Assembly: GCA_964016885.1 (NCBI GenBank)
Contig: OZ024740.1
Span: 67,704,001-67,768,000 of the forward strand
Length of the DNA: 64,000 nucleotides
Direction of reading: 5' to 3'
From: Eledone cirrhosa
Lineage: Eukaryota
Shown here piece by piece: positions 15,201 to 30,100 of the stretch. Below the pieces are notes generated by a model. The model was not told where the DNA came from. It worked only from the letters and a program-made list of their open reading frames with translations, and did not search any database. Positions within the stretch are counted from its first letter, which is position 1; every line of letters starts with the position of its first letter. The translations under genes were made by a program, and so were the position numbers.

Positions 15201-16084
15201 TTTGCTTTAATCATAAAACCCAGGCAAAAGACCAAATTTGGCGGAATGATTCAATTTGATTGAAATATCGATCCCAAATATCATGTTTCCTGAGTCATAA
15301 ATGCAACACAAACTATTAGTAGTAGTAGTAACATCATCATTATCATCATCATCATCAGTAGTAGCTGTAGTAGCAACAACAGCAGCAGAGGTACAACGTT
15401 CATCGGTCTTGCTAGTAAGAGGATTATATTGCCTTTCACTCTTCAGAGTATGAAATAAAGTACCAGTAAAATTCTGGTTTGGTAAAATCAAATTTTCTTT
15501 CCCTAGAAATTTCGGAACTTGTGCCTCAATTAGAAAACCCGATTGGCAGCAACAGAAGCAGTCATTGTAGCAGTGGGCTTGGCAGCAAAACAATGTCTGC
15601 AACTCATCCATCACGTATAAAATTAGTTAGTGACTACGTCAAAAAGATTACCTCAAAACCATGCAGCAAGCACCGAAGGTGTCAGTTTTCAAATAGGTCA
15701 GTGACATGGCACCATTGGTATCAGTGCAATTACATATACTTTTAAAGAGACAAGAACAGAATAGAAAGCGAAAAAGAAGGGGTGTGTTTGTGTGTACGCG
15801 TGTGTGTGTGTGTCTGTGTGCGGGAGGGAGACAGTGAGTGAAGCAGACATACAGCCGAAGACAGAGACAGAGAGATAAACAGAAAGAACGACAGAGAGTT
15901 AGAGATATTATGAATCATTATACCACTTAGCCGGATAAATTAAATTTCACTAGTTTTCATATAATTATCCAACGTGACTTATATTCACCCATGTTTATCT
16001 CTATTTCAATGCAAACTTATTTGTGTCTGAAATAGAATATACATGTTAGGAATATATATAAATATATACATATATATATATGGT

Positions 16085-16650
16085 GGCTGCCAACTCGTTT
16101 TCGAGTACAGCCACTACTTTATATCCATGTAGGAGAACCCTTACTGATGCGCTGAACGAGTGTGATTTTTTAGTCCAGCCAGCGGTACACTCTGGTACAA
16201 ACACTACACTTGTGACAATTATTGACACATAGTGCTGGGCCCATGGTACCATGTGACGACAAGTGCAGAGAGATCTCCAGATATAAAGCAATGCCTGTGC
16301 CAGTCCCACTCTGTTAAACAAGATGATATTTACAAAAAAGAACATGTCAACATCATTGGATACCATCAGAGTTGCAGGTGTTATATCAGAGTTTTCCTTC
16401 TCCTAGAATTCTGCCTTGACAAAGGCTAAGGCGTCATCTCTCCCGGTGATTTTGGATGGCCATTGACTCTTAAGAGATCCTTTGCCCTTTGACAGGTTTT
16501 GTTTTTAGTCCTGCAGGATGTCCAAAATCACCCTCCTCACCAACAAACCTTGGTGGGGTTGCCAGTTTAGTCGCCAAAGACCCGACCATGAGACAGGTTG
16601 TAGTGGGATACATGTTACCAGTATCACCAACTGGTGACCTGACGTAACAT
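16085..16650. mobile_element. Probable retroelement (RTE-like) non-coding fragment
   Basis: GC-richer island between TA tracts containing AGTTTTCCTTCTCCTAG...AAGGCT, which resembles RTE 5' regions; no ORF support. Confidence 0.3.
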
Positions 16651-16670
16651 ATATATATAGATATATATAT

Positions 16671-16742
<72 letters not shown>

Positions 16743-16925
16743 TATATATATATATACTGTATATATATATATATATATATATATACTGTATATATATATA
16801 TATATATATACTTTATATATATATATATATATACTGTATATATATATATATATATACTATATATATATATATATGTATATATATAAACTATATATATATA
16901 TATACATATATACTGTATATATATA

Positions 16926-16981
<56 letters not shown>

Positions 16982-17055
16982 TGTATATATATATATACAT
17001 ATATACTGTATATATATATATATATATACTGTATATATATATATATATATATATA

Positions 17056-17101
<46 letters not shown>

Positions 17102-17783
17102 TATATATTTATATATGGGATGTAAAATTAGCAGTATTACTGAGACAGAGTTTAAGCTTAATAGCAACACATTTGAAAACATATATAAACACATACAATG
17201 TTTCTCTACAATAAACATATGGGTAAGTTCCTATCAAAGAAAAACATTTTTTCGTAACTTCAAATTATTTTTCTCCGCGAACATGTCGCAGAATTGTCAG
17301 TAAATATATAAATAATATCGTAAAATGTGATCATTTTATTAAGGCTGTATTATATTTTCTCTCGTTAACAGTGAAATGAATCATTGAATAATATTTGTTT
17401 CTACATACTCTTAACTATTCATGATTTTCACGGCTTGAATGATTTTAATCAGAGCTTTACACGATAAAAGCTATCCTGGGGCGAAATGAAAACACCGACT
17501 AAAATATTTTCTAAAACCCAAATAAATCCTCATACGGCGGTATCCATTAAATTTACGTAACAAATTATTTTTAAAAATTGATGTCTGACTCAGCTAATTT
17601 CCCCTCAAATCCTTATCATGAACCATTAAATATTGGTTAGTAACCTTGTGACTGAAATAATGTTGTTACAGAGCTTTCCAGAACTGCGAAGTAATTATTC
17701 TCATATCTGATTGAAATATTTATTTTCAGACATTCTCAGATACTTTTTAACGGATTATATTAATAATAGACATACATTGACGC

Positions 17784-17845
<62 letters not shown>

Positions 17846-18446
17846 CTGTGTCTGTGCGTGTCTGTGTGTGTATGCGTGTGTACGCTCTTTTTCTGAATTT
17901 GAGTATATTTTTAACTGGCCATCTTCCTGGTGGCAAGCTGAATAAAAGGAAATTGTTGTCGACTTTTGTGTAATTCATCATCCTTTAAATAGTAAGAAAG
18001 GTTTTAGAAACGTTGAAGGTTTCAGATATCGGGGCTATTTGTAGCTTATGAATTGTTGAGCGACGTTCTTTCTCCACAAATGAAAATTCAGTTATACTTT
18101 GTTCCAGGCGGGTTGCTCTATAACCAGTATCTCCCAATATTGAGGGAAATGAGGCTGAATGTGTATCTTAGATAGGCCATCTGCAAACGTTACAAAACTT
18201 GGCTTATATAAATACGTTAAAATGTATGTGACGTTTATATATACGTTATAATTTACGTAATTTTTAAAACCTTATACAGAAATGTTCTGTAGCGCAGCGT
18301 TTCTCATATATTATATGTTGCCCTTATATAGGCAGTAATTGCATACGTCCGATATCGGATTGACCACAATGTTTAATATTTTTGTGTGGGAGTGTACACA
18401 TTTATTTATTCATATATTTATTTTGTTCTTTATTTTTTCTTTGCAG

Positions 18447-19065
18447 GAGTAAAATGCCTTTGACGATTGAAGGACAAATTTCCATGGAGAAAACACCGAG
18501 CTATTTCATAACGCGAGATGTTCCGCAGAGAATCTACAATATGTCTAAGCAGGTGAAACTAATCGTTGTAGTGCGTGACCCTGTTACACGAGCCATTTCG
18601 GATTATACACAAACTATGACAAAGCGACGATCAATTCGACAATTTGAACAAATGGTTTTCGTTAATAATAGCTCAAGGATAGTCGACACATCATGGGGTG
18701 CCATTCGAATTGGTGTGTATGCCAAACACCTTGAGCTCTGGTTAAAATATTTTCCACTTCAACAAATGCATTTTGTAAGCGGCGAGAAGTTGATCAGTGA
18801 CCCGGCTGGTGAGATGGCTCTATTACAAGACTTTCTTGGGGTGAAGCGGATAATAAATGAGAAACATTTCTTCTTTAATGAAACTAAAGGCTTCCCTTGT
18901 TTGAAAAAGCCCGAAGGCAGTGGCCACCCACATTGTTTAGGGAAAACAAAGGGGAGACAACATCCAACTATAGACCCTAGTGTTATACAAAGACTACGAG
19001 ACTTCTACCGACCTTTTAATTCGAAGTTTTACAAAATGGTCAATCGTGATTTCGAATGGCCGTGA
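18447..19065 (+). CDS. HS3ST: Terminal coding exon of heparan sulfate glucosamine 3-O-sulfotransferase (Hs3st-B / HS3ST2-3-4-6 type)
   Basis: Polypyrimidine acceptor TTTTTCTTTGCAG ends at 18446 (phase 2); [25 protein letters not shown] (3'-PB), KGFPC...[10 protein letters not shown]; stop TGA 19063-19065; the 5'-PSB exon was not found in the window. Confidence 0.93.
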
Positions 19066-19753
19066 GTTTAAATTGTAAATTAACAAGCATTTTGTGCATA
19101 TACCGAAGCAGTTAATTTTTTCTTTTATACGTGTTAATAACGTGTGCGCTTAAAATGCATGAATGCACTTTTAATTACATTCTAATAATTTTTCTTGAAA
19201 TACATTAACATGTATTGTAAAAAGAAGGCAAACGAATACACTCACCAATTGACACATGCACACATCAAACCACACACACTCACCTAAAAAAGAGAGAGTG
19301 AAGTACACACACACACATATATATACACTCACTATATATATATGCCTGTATATGCTCGTATATTGAGGTGCACATACTTGTGCCTATACATACATACATA
19401 CATACAAATATACATATATATAATGCATGTGTGTATGTGTATGCGTATGTGTACGTGTATGTGTATGTGCATGGTTGGATTGGTGTTCGTAAAAGGGGAT
19501 GATGAAGAGATAAATACAAATAACTATGTATATATTTGCATGAATATTTTGGAAAGGCTATTTTTCCATATACGTGGGCTATACACAGATATAAATATAC
19601 ATACACAGATATACGCACAGTCGCTTTGGTTACTGTGTTTCGATACATATGTATACGTTCATATATACTAACATACACATACATCGATATACACACAGAT
19701 TTCTCTCTCTCTCTCTCACTCTCTCTCTCTATATCTATATATATATGTGTGTG

Positions 19754-19792
<39 letters not shown>

Positions 19793-19829
19793 ATGTGTGT
19801 GTGATTGAGCATATATATATATACTCAAT

Positions 19830-19900
<71 letters not shown>

Positions 19901-20159
19901 ATCAGGTAACATAAATTAGGAACTATAAAATGAACAGCTAATGTCTCAAGATAATTTAAAAGGATTACAAAGCACCAAGTTGGAGATTGTATTAACCTTC
20001 ATAACATAAATTAGAAAAAAATAAAATTAAAATTATTAATTATAGAACATTATAAAAATATTTAAAATCAGAAACGACGATACACAACAAAAACATAAAA
20101 CATTTGACTCGGTATAATTTCTGTAAAATATACAGTATACATTCTGAATAATATGAAAT

Positions 20160-20210
20160 TACTACTACTACTACTATAACTACTACTACTACTATTACAA
20201 CTATTAGTAT

Positions 20211-20291
<81 letters not shown>

Positions 20292-20305
20292 CACTGCTAC
20301 TACTA

Positions 20306-20337
<32 letters not shown>

Positions 20338-20453
20338 ATCTCATATTTACTATTAGGACAAATATATTCATATACACCAATCTGAGAAGGCACATAAATT
20401 GAAAGAAATTCGTGAAACAGAGAAATAAATGGCATTACTACAACTACTACTAT

Positions 20454-20501
<48 letters not shown>

Positions 20502-20502
20502 C
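20160..20502. repeat. (ACT)n microsatellites
   Basis: Directly visible. Confidence 0.95.
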
Positions 20503-20784
20503 GCAACCACCTAGATAATTATTACTGGTACTTGTGTTATGTTGGAGAATCATAAACCCTCTAAACTGCTAAATGTATTTTTCTATGACAACAATGATAA
20601 AACAAATATGGTTAAACATATACGTTAGGATATCACATAGAATAGTGTATAATCCATAATAAGTCTTGTGAGCAATGAGCATAATGACATACTCGAATGT
20701 AATATTTTGATAGGCTCAGGAATAATTATACAGACATGAACAAACACACACGTACACACACGTGTGTATATATATATACATATA

Positions 20785-21159
20785 TATCTATCTATCTAGG
20801 GCGGGTAAAATTCCCGAGATCCATGGACGAGTTCTCTCCAGTGGTCTCTGTCCCTCATTCTCGCTGCCATGTCCTGCGTCTCCAACAGACCAATGTCTGT
20901 CCTTAGGGCATCAACATACGTTAACTTTGGTCTTCCTCTTCCAGTGTGTCCATGTAGGGGCTCCCACAGGAGCACTGAGTGCAATGTCAACTCTGGTTGT
21001 CAGTGAGCATGTCCAGCTAAACTCAGTCTCCTCTGTGTCACTTTTAAGCTGACTTTTGGGAGGCTCCCATACAATTTTGAGTTTTTCAACCTCAGTGTAT
21101 GCTGATAAATATTCAGAGCCATCCTCAGCTTTCTCGTGTAGCACCCATCCACCATCTGA

Positions 21160-21160
<1 letters not shown>
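20785..21160 (-). mobile_element. RTE-like LINE 3' end
   Basis: LLWEPLHGHTGRGRPKLTYVDALR.D.GL...MRDRDHWR; (TAGA)n tail. Confidence 0.75.
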
Positions 21161-21221
<61 letters not shown>

Positions 21222-21224
<3 letters not shown>

Positions 21225-21430
21225 GTTTCTGAATTTGTTTAGCAAGATTGTTTATCTGAAAACGGGTGTTGAAACCGTTATTGTTATGCGTTGGGAGGGT
21301 CATGTTGCCAATAAGAAACACACGCACCAGTTGCTTTCACTTCAATTTATTATAAATTTAATTTATAATAAATTGAAGTGAAAGCAACTGGTGCGTGTGT
21401 ATCTTATTGGCAACATGACCCTCCCAAAGC
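21222..21430. mobile_element. Palindromic pLTR-end remnant of the Neptune-like PLE family
   Basis: 21292-21356 and 21361-21426 are reverse complements; homologous to 2460-2588. Confidence 0.85.
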
Positions 21431-21874
21431 ATTATCTCCCTTGCTGAATTACATGTGCGTTCCTTCAGCCTGGGTTATGCCTTTTCATTCGTTCGGACAA
21501 AGGCTCGTTGAGGAAGTAAATTTTCCCGTCCGCTGGCTTCTAGAAGTCTCATATATTTTTATGTGAGCTGATAGAGGGCAGTTTAAGGATTTACAGAAAC
21601 CCAAGAAGCTAGATTTAACATCTTTCTAGCGGGTCCGGGTATGCTTTTTACATTCATTTGATTTATTGATTTTTTGATATTTTTTTCTGAATGTCCCGAA
21701 TCTTCCAGATCGCAATCTTTCGGTCGTACAGTTGATTATAGATTTGTTCTATGTGTGACGGTATTTTAACGATAGTTATAGCTCTGATTTATCTGAATTA
21801 TTGAGCCCTCTGCCGCTCATATCAAATTTTGTTTATCGTGAACTCGTGCGCCGATTTTTCGATACTCGATTATT

Positions 21875-22864
<990 letters not shown>

Positions 22865-22950
22865 TAGGGGTGAGTGAGTGAGACCCTGAACATGAGGAGG
22901 TAGAGGGAGGAAGGGAGGCAGAGTGAGGAAGAGAGAGTGACCGAGAAATA

Positions 22951-22984
<34 letters not shown>

Positions 22985-22993
22985 TATTTCTCG

Positions 22994-23056
<63 letters not shown>

Positions 23057-23059
<3 letters not shown>

Positions 23060-23490
23060 ATGAGAAGAATGAATACTGCGTGGTTGCACATGGGTTACAT
23101 ATGAGAAAAATAGTCCATCATCAGTGATTTTCCAACCTTCATTGGTATTTCATCGCTTTAAAAATCATATACCCCCAGTTGGTGCGAGCAATAGCTAAAT
23201 AAAGCTATTGGGACAAGTAAATCGCGTCAAGCGAGCGAGACAAGTAAACAAACATAGAAGGATAGCAACGCAAAGACAGGAAACAACAAACACATGGGAG
23301 TCCAATCAGCTTAAGCTGTGTGGATTTCATGAGCGAAAGACAACAGACCGTGCGACGCTAGTGAGGTGTGAGCAAGAAAGGACCCCACTTCAGGACAAAC
23401 GAGAGGAAGTGAGAAGGGGAGAAGCAGAGAGTGAGTGAGTGGAAGTGCGAAGAAGAGGCCAGTCGAGAGAATGTGTAACTGTGAGAATAT
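23057..23490 (-). mobile_element. Non-coding element, subfamily B of the 36-40 kb retrozyme-like family
   Basis: Homologous to the 36247-36877 unit; TA flanks; contains the 102-nt motif. Confidence 0.75.
23113..23214 (-). ncRNA. Putative non-circularly permuted hammerhead (copy B)
   Basis: GGTAT-A-TGATTTT ... GAAA-TACC ... AAAATCA-CTGATGA; perfect 7-bp stem I. Confidence 0.6.
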
Positions 23491-23537
23491 ATATATATAT
23501 ATATAAGCAAGAAAGTGTTGGTAAAATCCAGTACTTC

Positions 23538-23593
<56 letters not shown>

Positions 23594-24872
23594 AAAACAA
23601 TGAAATAAAAAATCAAGTCATTAGAGATATACTTCACTGCTTTACGATCGTTTCTAGATGATGATAATATACTGTAGCTATACTTCGTTATTGATCTATG
23701 TAAGGTTAGTCACAAAATATCAGATAAAGAGAATATTTACTTACATGCATATCACCAGCTGTTTTCAAAAGCAATAATAATTTTATTCAGAATTAGTAGT
23801 ATGTTAGTATCGTGTAGTTATTTGGAGGTAGTTGAAGAACTAACCAATCAAATTGTTTTTTTCATATGATGTTAAGATGAAAAGTAATTCACTTTAGTTG
23901 AGGTCATGACCCTTTGAAAGGAATGGTTGAATAGTGTTAATAATAGAATTGCCATAAAAAATTTATTAGGAGGAAAGGGATTACAAATTGATAGTTGAAT
24001 GTATCTGGTATAGTGAAATTTAAAAGGAATGTAAAAATAAATGTTGATTAGTGTTGTATGGAGTTTTTAGGTGAATATAAATTAAGGTCATGGCTAGGAA
24101 AATAGTATATTAAAAGATGAAAATTATAATAAGATAATGAAATACAGTAATGCAATAATATAATATAACTAACACATTATAGTACGGTGTGGTAAATTGC
24201 ACTTAGTATAATACAGCGTATGATACGCTCTAAAATACTATCAAGTATGTTTATGTATACATAATCAAACTCACAAATCACAAAGTGCATATATCCACAC
24301 CATATATAGAGAGGTATAGTTACATTGATACCCAACCAAAAATATACATACGCACAAATAGATGCAAACATAAATACACATTAACACATGTGCACATAAT
24401 CATATACACATATATTTATACATATCTATATTTACACATACACACCTATACCCACACACATATATATATATATATATATGTATGCACACACTCATACATG
24501 TACACACACTCATATATAATCACTCATACACATATACTCACATATACACACACACAACTTACCGTGGATATCTCTGTATATATATACATCCATATCAACG
24601 TATAGATATATATACAGAGGATGCTGCCTGACCTAATGGTTTAGATGTTCGTTTCGAACATGGTAACTATGTACGATCCACTGCATGGCATCCTGGATAA
24701 ATGTCACGTCGTTTCGAGCTATACATTGTGAGTGGAACTGGATAGACGGAAACTATTTAGAAACCAATCAATTTGACGAGCTGTCACGCGGAGACTTTTT
24801 TAAAATTCACACGCTCATATGCCGAGCAACTGTAACACTCATCATATGTATGTCAGACCTGACGAAAAAGCA

Positions 24873-25250
24873 ATAATTATTTCTACTTTTGGCACACGGC
24901 CAGCAAATATCCAGTGCATTACTGGTACTTTATTTTATCGACTCCGTAAGGATGAAAGGCAAAGTTAACCTCGGCGGGATTTGAACTCAGAATGCCAAGG
25001 GTCGTAACTCTATGCCTTAAGCATGGCGACCGACCATCTACCGATACTGCCAATCCAAGCAATAATTGTTTCTATTTTAGGCACAAGGCCAGCAAATATC
25101 CAGTACATTACTGGTACTTTATTTTATCGACCCCGTAAGGATGAAAGGCAAAGTTAACCTCGGCGGGATTTGAACTCAGATCATAAAGGGGCGTAACTCT
25201 ATGCTTCAAGCATGGTGTCCGACTCTCTACCGATACTGCCAATCTAAGCA
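24873..25250 (-). mobile_element. Two tandem full-length tRNA-SINEs
   Basis: Two units of about 185 bp, each with A and B boxes and the central domain. Confidence 0.85.
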
Positions 25251-27199
25251 ATAATGACAGCGATGTAGCCCTGAATATAGACAAGAATGTCGTAGAATAT
25301 TTAGAGCCTTGTTCACAGTCAAATTCAGAATAAGCACTCTTGTGTACTGTCCATCCATATTTCATAACATCTACGTATGTATGTGTGTATGCAAGTGTGT
25401 ACGTGTGTGTGTGTATGTATGTATGGATGGATGGTTATAGACATTTAAATAAACACACAGACACACACACACACTCACACACACACACGCATATATATAT
25501 ATATATATATATGTTTGCCTGAGTGTCGGAACGTGTTCAATAAAAATGAGCACCCAATATGTAGACATAGATGTAAATATTTCATATTATGTAAACCGCC
25601 TGGCAAAATGGCATATACCTTCCTTGGAACTCGGAGTTTCCCGAAACAAGCTGATTGTGCGTGTATATATACATATACAGATACGAGAGAGAGAAAGAGA
25701 GAGAGGGAGAGAGAGAGAGTTGGATAGATCGACAGATACCCATAGATATATATGTATATATATATATATGTATATATATGTATATATGTGTGTGTGTGTG
25801 TTTGTGTGTATGTGTGATTATGTTTCCTGAATAATATCCTTGTAATATATTTATGTGAAATTGTGTTGTTATATTTGAGCGTGTACTTACAAATGCATGT
25901 ATGTAAGTATATGCCTAAATATTGACAACACCTTTTCACTTAAATATATTGCACAGATTTTATTTATGAAAAAAGAGAGATAGATATTTATTAATTGATA
26001 GAAAACGAGTGAGTAACCTTAGATATTTTAAGTGATAGTTTAGCGTTACAGGCCGTAATTCTCGAAAAGAACAACAACACGAGGACGGAAAAAAAGGTAT
26101 AGTAGCTAAACTGATAGAATATTTATAAAATATGAAATATAATACAATATCATAAGAATTATTAAACAAATATATATTTACATGGGAAATATGGAAATAC
26201 ATTAACAAAACTTTACTCAAAATTCACTAGAAAATATTTTTTTATCACTCACGTTGATATTATTTTTTTCTGTGTCACAAAATTAAGGACAATTAAAATA
26301 TGATACCCCACTTTTTTTCTTTTCTTTTTGCTGGTGATGGGGTTGACTCCCTCAAATATGTGTTTTACAAAATATATTGAACATATTTCATGAATTTTAA
26401 AAAAATAATACTAAATAAATGTACAAAAAAATACTTTAATTAAAAAAAAGAAGTATATATATATATAAATACAGAAAATTGCAAAAACATTGGACAGAAC
26501 TGAAATAAATTTTGTTTCCTTGGTACTACCGCTTGATCTTCGTATCTCTATTGTTGATTTTATTAATATTATTAGTATTATTTGCTCTTGTTTTGTACAG
26601 ACATGTTATTGTAGCCTCCCGTGAATTTGTTGTTCTCACTTTTTAAAATCGTTGTTTTGTTAAGATGTTTGTCCAAGTATTTGGAAGTTTTGCTTAGATA
26701 TTTGAATTTCATAATTTTAATGTTGCCCAAAGATTTTTTTTCTTCTGAATAGTGGTTACCCCCACATCCAGATCCATCAAGAGATGCAACATTTCGCACA
26801 CGAAAAATGATCTTCCTGACAACTCTTAAGACTTGACTCACCACTAGTGGCACTATCACCAATAAAGCCCCCATCACCGACGCCGCCACCACCAGCAAAT
26901 ACGGCAACGACAATAAAAACAGCGGCAACAATAACAAAGACAACTACAACAACAGCAGCAAGCATAACAACGGCAAGAGACACAGCACATACAACTGAAA
27001 CAACAACACCTAATACAGAAGCATGCTTGCAGCAACGGCCTCTAACATTATGAATCTATTCCATATGGACTTAATCAAGGGATGTTTGAAGCCAAAATTG
27101 TGATAATTCAAAAAATTTGGGCAAACGTAAGTGTTCCGCTTGAGGTGTTGGTAGGAACTGTAAATAAACTTAACTGACGGGTTTATCGGTATCATGTCC

Positions 27200-30100
27200 A
27201 AAGAGCCGGCGCTGGCTCCACAATCCTACATGGAGGCAGATCTGAAGAGGTTTATGCCAAGTATGCTAGGGCCAGCCAAGCAGTTTGGGAGCATTGCAAT
27301 ACAATTTGAAAGCGAGCAATGATGTGTTCTGCGGTCTCTGTAAAACAGACAAATTGGTTATGCCCCACCAAGTTACATCGAAGAAAGACGGTGAAGAAGC
27401 GAATTGCTAGTATCCAGTCATGTGGAGGATCCAAGCATACATCATCTTGGTATGAGGTGAAAGTTTCCTGGTAGTTCGAAGTATCTGGAAGGAAAACTAG
27501 TCTATGATTAATCTGGAAATATTTTTTCATATTAAAACAGAGAAGTTTAACAAAATCCCAGAACTAATGCGCTTTTCCGGATGGGGTAACGTTACGTGTG
27601 GTCATAGAAGACAAAAAGGCCTAGGTCTCATTGAGGTGGGGAAACCACAACTCTAAGAGCTTTTAGATCTCTACAGAAAACAGCGGAGATTCACAGAGCA
27701 CGAATGCTACCAACAACAGTGCTCCAAGAAAAACCTCAACAGCACCAGCAGTGAACAACTACAATAGTGAGACCAACATGAGTATGCGCAACAATATAAA
27801 CAAGAGCGACACCAACAACTGCAACAATAACTGTAGCATCACCAGGAAATACAACAATACCACCAAAATCAACAGCAGAAGCACCATCACAACCACCAAC
27901 ACAAAACTTAAAAAACACCCATGTTGTCTCCTAATCTCTCTCTCCGTCTCCTTAAAACGCGACCAGAGACATAGGCACTCAAAGAAATAAAAACACATCC
28001 TCACTCATACCCGAAACAAATTCTGCAGACACCGGTACCATTTCATCTCAAACTGAAGATGACGGGGAAACACCCCAACCCGCCAAACAGAAAACAAAAT
28101 CACAAAAATCATTTGAGAAAACACAACCACAATAAATACAGACACATCAATTATAATACCAAACACACCACACCATAACCATCAACGCTACCACCACTAT
28201 CACCACCATAAACACCAAACACACCATAAATGAAATCCCATACATAAAAAATAACCGACCTCACATACACCAAATTTCGTGCTAAGTGAGGAAAGCTTGC
28301 AAAAAATGTGTGGCCTTCATAACAAGACGTAAAGATTTTGAGAGAGATGAGGATATTTACGGCACCAGGACGTTTGAAATGCGACAAACGATAATGATGG
28401 TCGCATATACCTATAAACTTAAAAAGGACACCTGGGAAAATTCGTCCTCGACGTGGGAGCACTTAATAAAAAATAAACATGAGAAGGCGTTTAAAAGGGT
28501 TCTCAAAGGAACCCCATCCAAATATGAAAATTCCAACATAGCTCCCGTGAAGCACAGCCACGCCAAGAATATCAGGTGTATTACCTGATTAGAACATTCG
28601 GTGTATCTTAGACTGCGTTGTCGTGGAACACTAACGCACTTCTGGAATTGATGAGAAGTAACTACGAAAACTGATTTTGATCAGCCTAAAATTTCTGCGT
28701 CAACGGAAACCAGAAAACAGTTTAAATCCGAGTTCTTATGCAACTGCCGAGGAGCCACAGAGTGCATAAGAATATTCTACCTAAATCAAATCATAGATGT
28801 AGAGACAAAACCAATACTGTCAACGACGTGACTGCAACAACAACAACAATGACAAGAGTAGGCCATAACTGCCATGACATCAACAAAAACAACAACACTG
28901 ACACCAACTGCATCAGAAGTTTTAACAATAACAGCAACAGCTTTAAAAGTAACAGCAATAGCGGCTCTGACAATAATAACTGGACCAAAACCAAATAACG
29001 CCAAGGACATCACCAGCAACATGTACACTATCAGTAACATCAACAAGAAAAAAAAATCTCAGAAGACAGGATCATAAATAAAACCACACATGCGATCTTT
29101 CCTCTCCTTTCACACGCGCTGTTACACAGAAATTAATGCAAAAACACTCCAAACCTCATCCGAGTCGGATTATATGTGTACTGCATCAGCTCGGAGTGAA
29201 GAGACGGCAATCCATCCCTCCCCAACAAAAACAGACACAGAGTAAATTAAAAACATTCAACACACATTCCAGAACACAATAAAAATAGGCACAGATTACA
29301 CAAACACAACTACAATAACTACAGCTCCAACACCACAACAATAACATCAGTATCACAGCCATTATTGCCACAACAAATAGGAAACATGAACAACAACATG
29401 AACACAAAAATAATTAAGTACACACACACATACGCACACGCTGAGATTTGTGTTAGTGAGAAATATGAACAACAACTGAGTACAAATTGGGGAAATATAA
29501 ATATCTTCTTGGGGAAGATTTTGAAAACCAACAGATGCAAGCTGCTCCAATATCTGAAATGGTCGTAATATCTGTAGAGACTTGTATAACCAGGAAGGAG
29601 TGCTTCCCACATAAAACTGGGACCCCAAATATTAAAGAAAACACTATTCGTTTCAAGAGGACCCAATGGGAAGCCAAATTGTGTGGAGGTCGAAACTCAC
29701 ATCGCTTGTAATGACACAAGGAGAGTAGGTAGCCAGACTTTCTTTTCTCCTTATTTTTTCCTGTCATTATGGCAATTATAAGAGTATGGTGTTTAAGACA
29801 CGTTAGTTGGGGTTACTCTGGTAACTAGATATTTAGTCCACAACCTCAGATTACTAACTCTATATATGGTAGCCGTCTGCGAGGATTTCCAAGTGCTCAA
29901 CAGCAACCATTTTTGAAGATTTTGAGACCTACGTATCCTTTTGTCTATCTGGAATAGAACGTGGAATATGGCAGTCCTGATTTGGAAATGCCTAGTCCTC
30001 GAGGTACGGTCGATATTTAGGGATCGACACGATATATTGATGGGATTGAATGCGAACGTCAGCGAATGTGCTTTCAGTCTGGTGGACGTCTATGCCCTGA

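Noticed and set aside
18382-18446. 5' part of the listed ORF as coding sequence
   Set aside because: It is the intron polypyrimidine tract and acceptor
23630-23740. Minus-strand GAAA-CGATCG-TA with upstream CTGATA as a hammerhead
   Set aside because: The core is incomplete and stem I does not pair convincingly
24873-25250. Repeated units as a CRISPR-like array
   Set aside because: Eukaryotic tandem SINE copies without unique spacers
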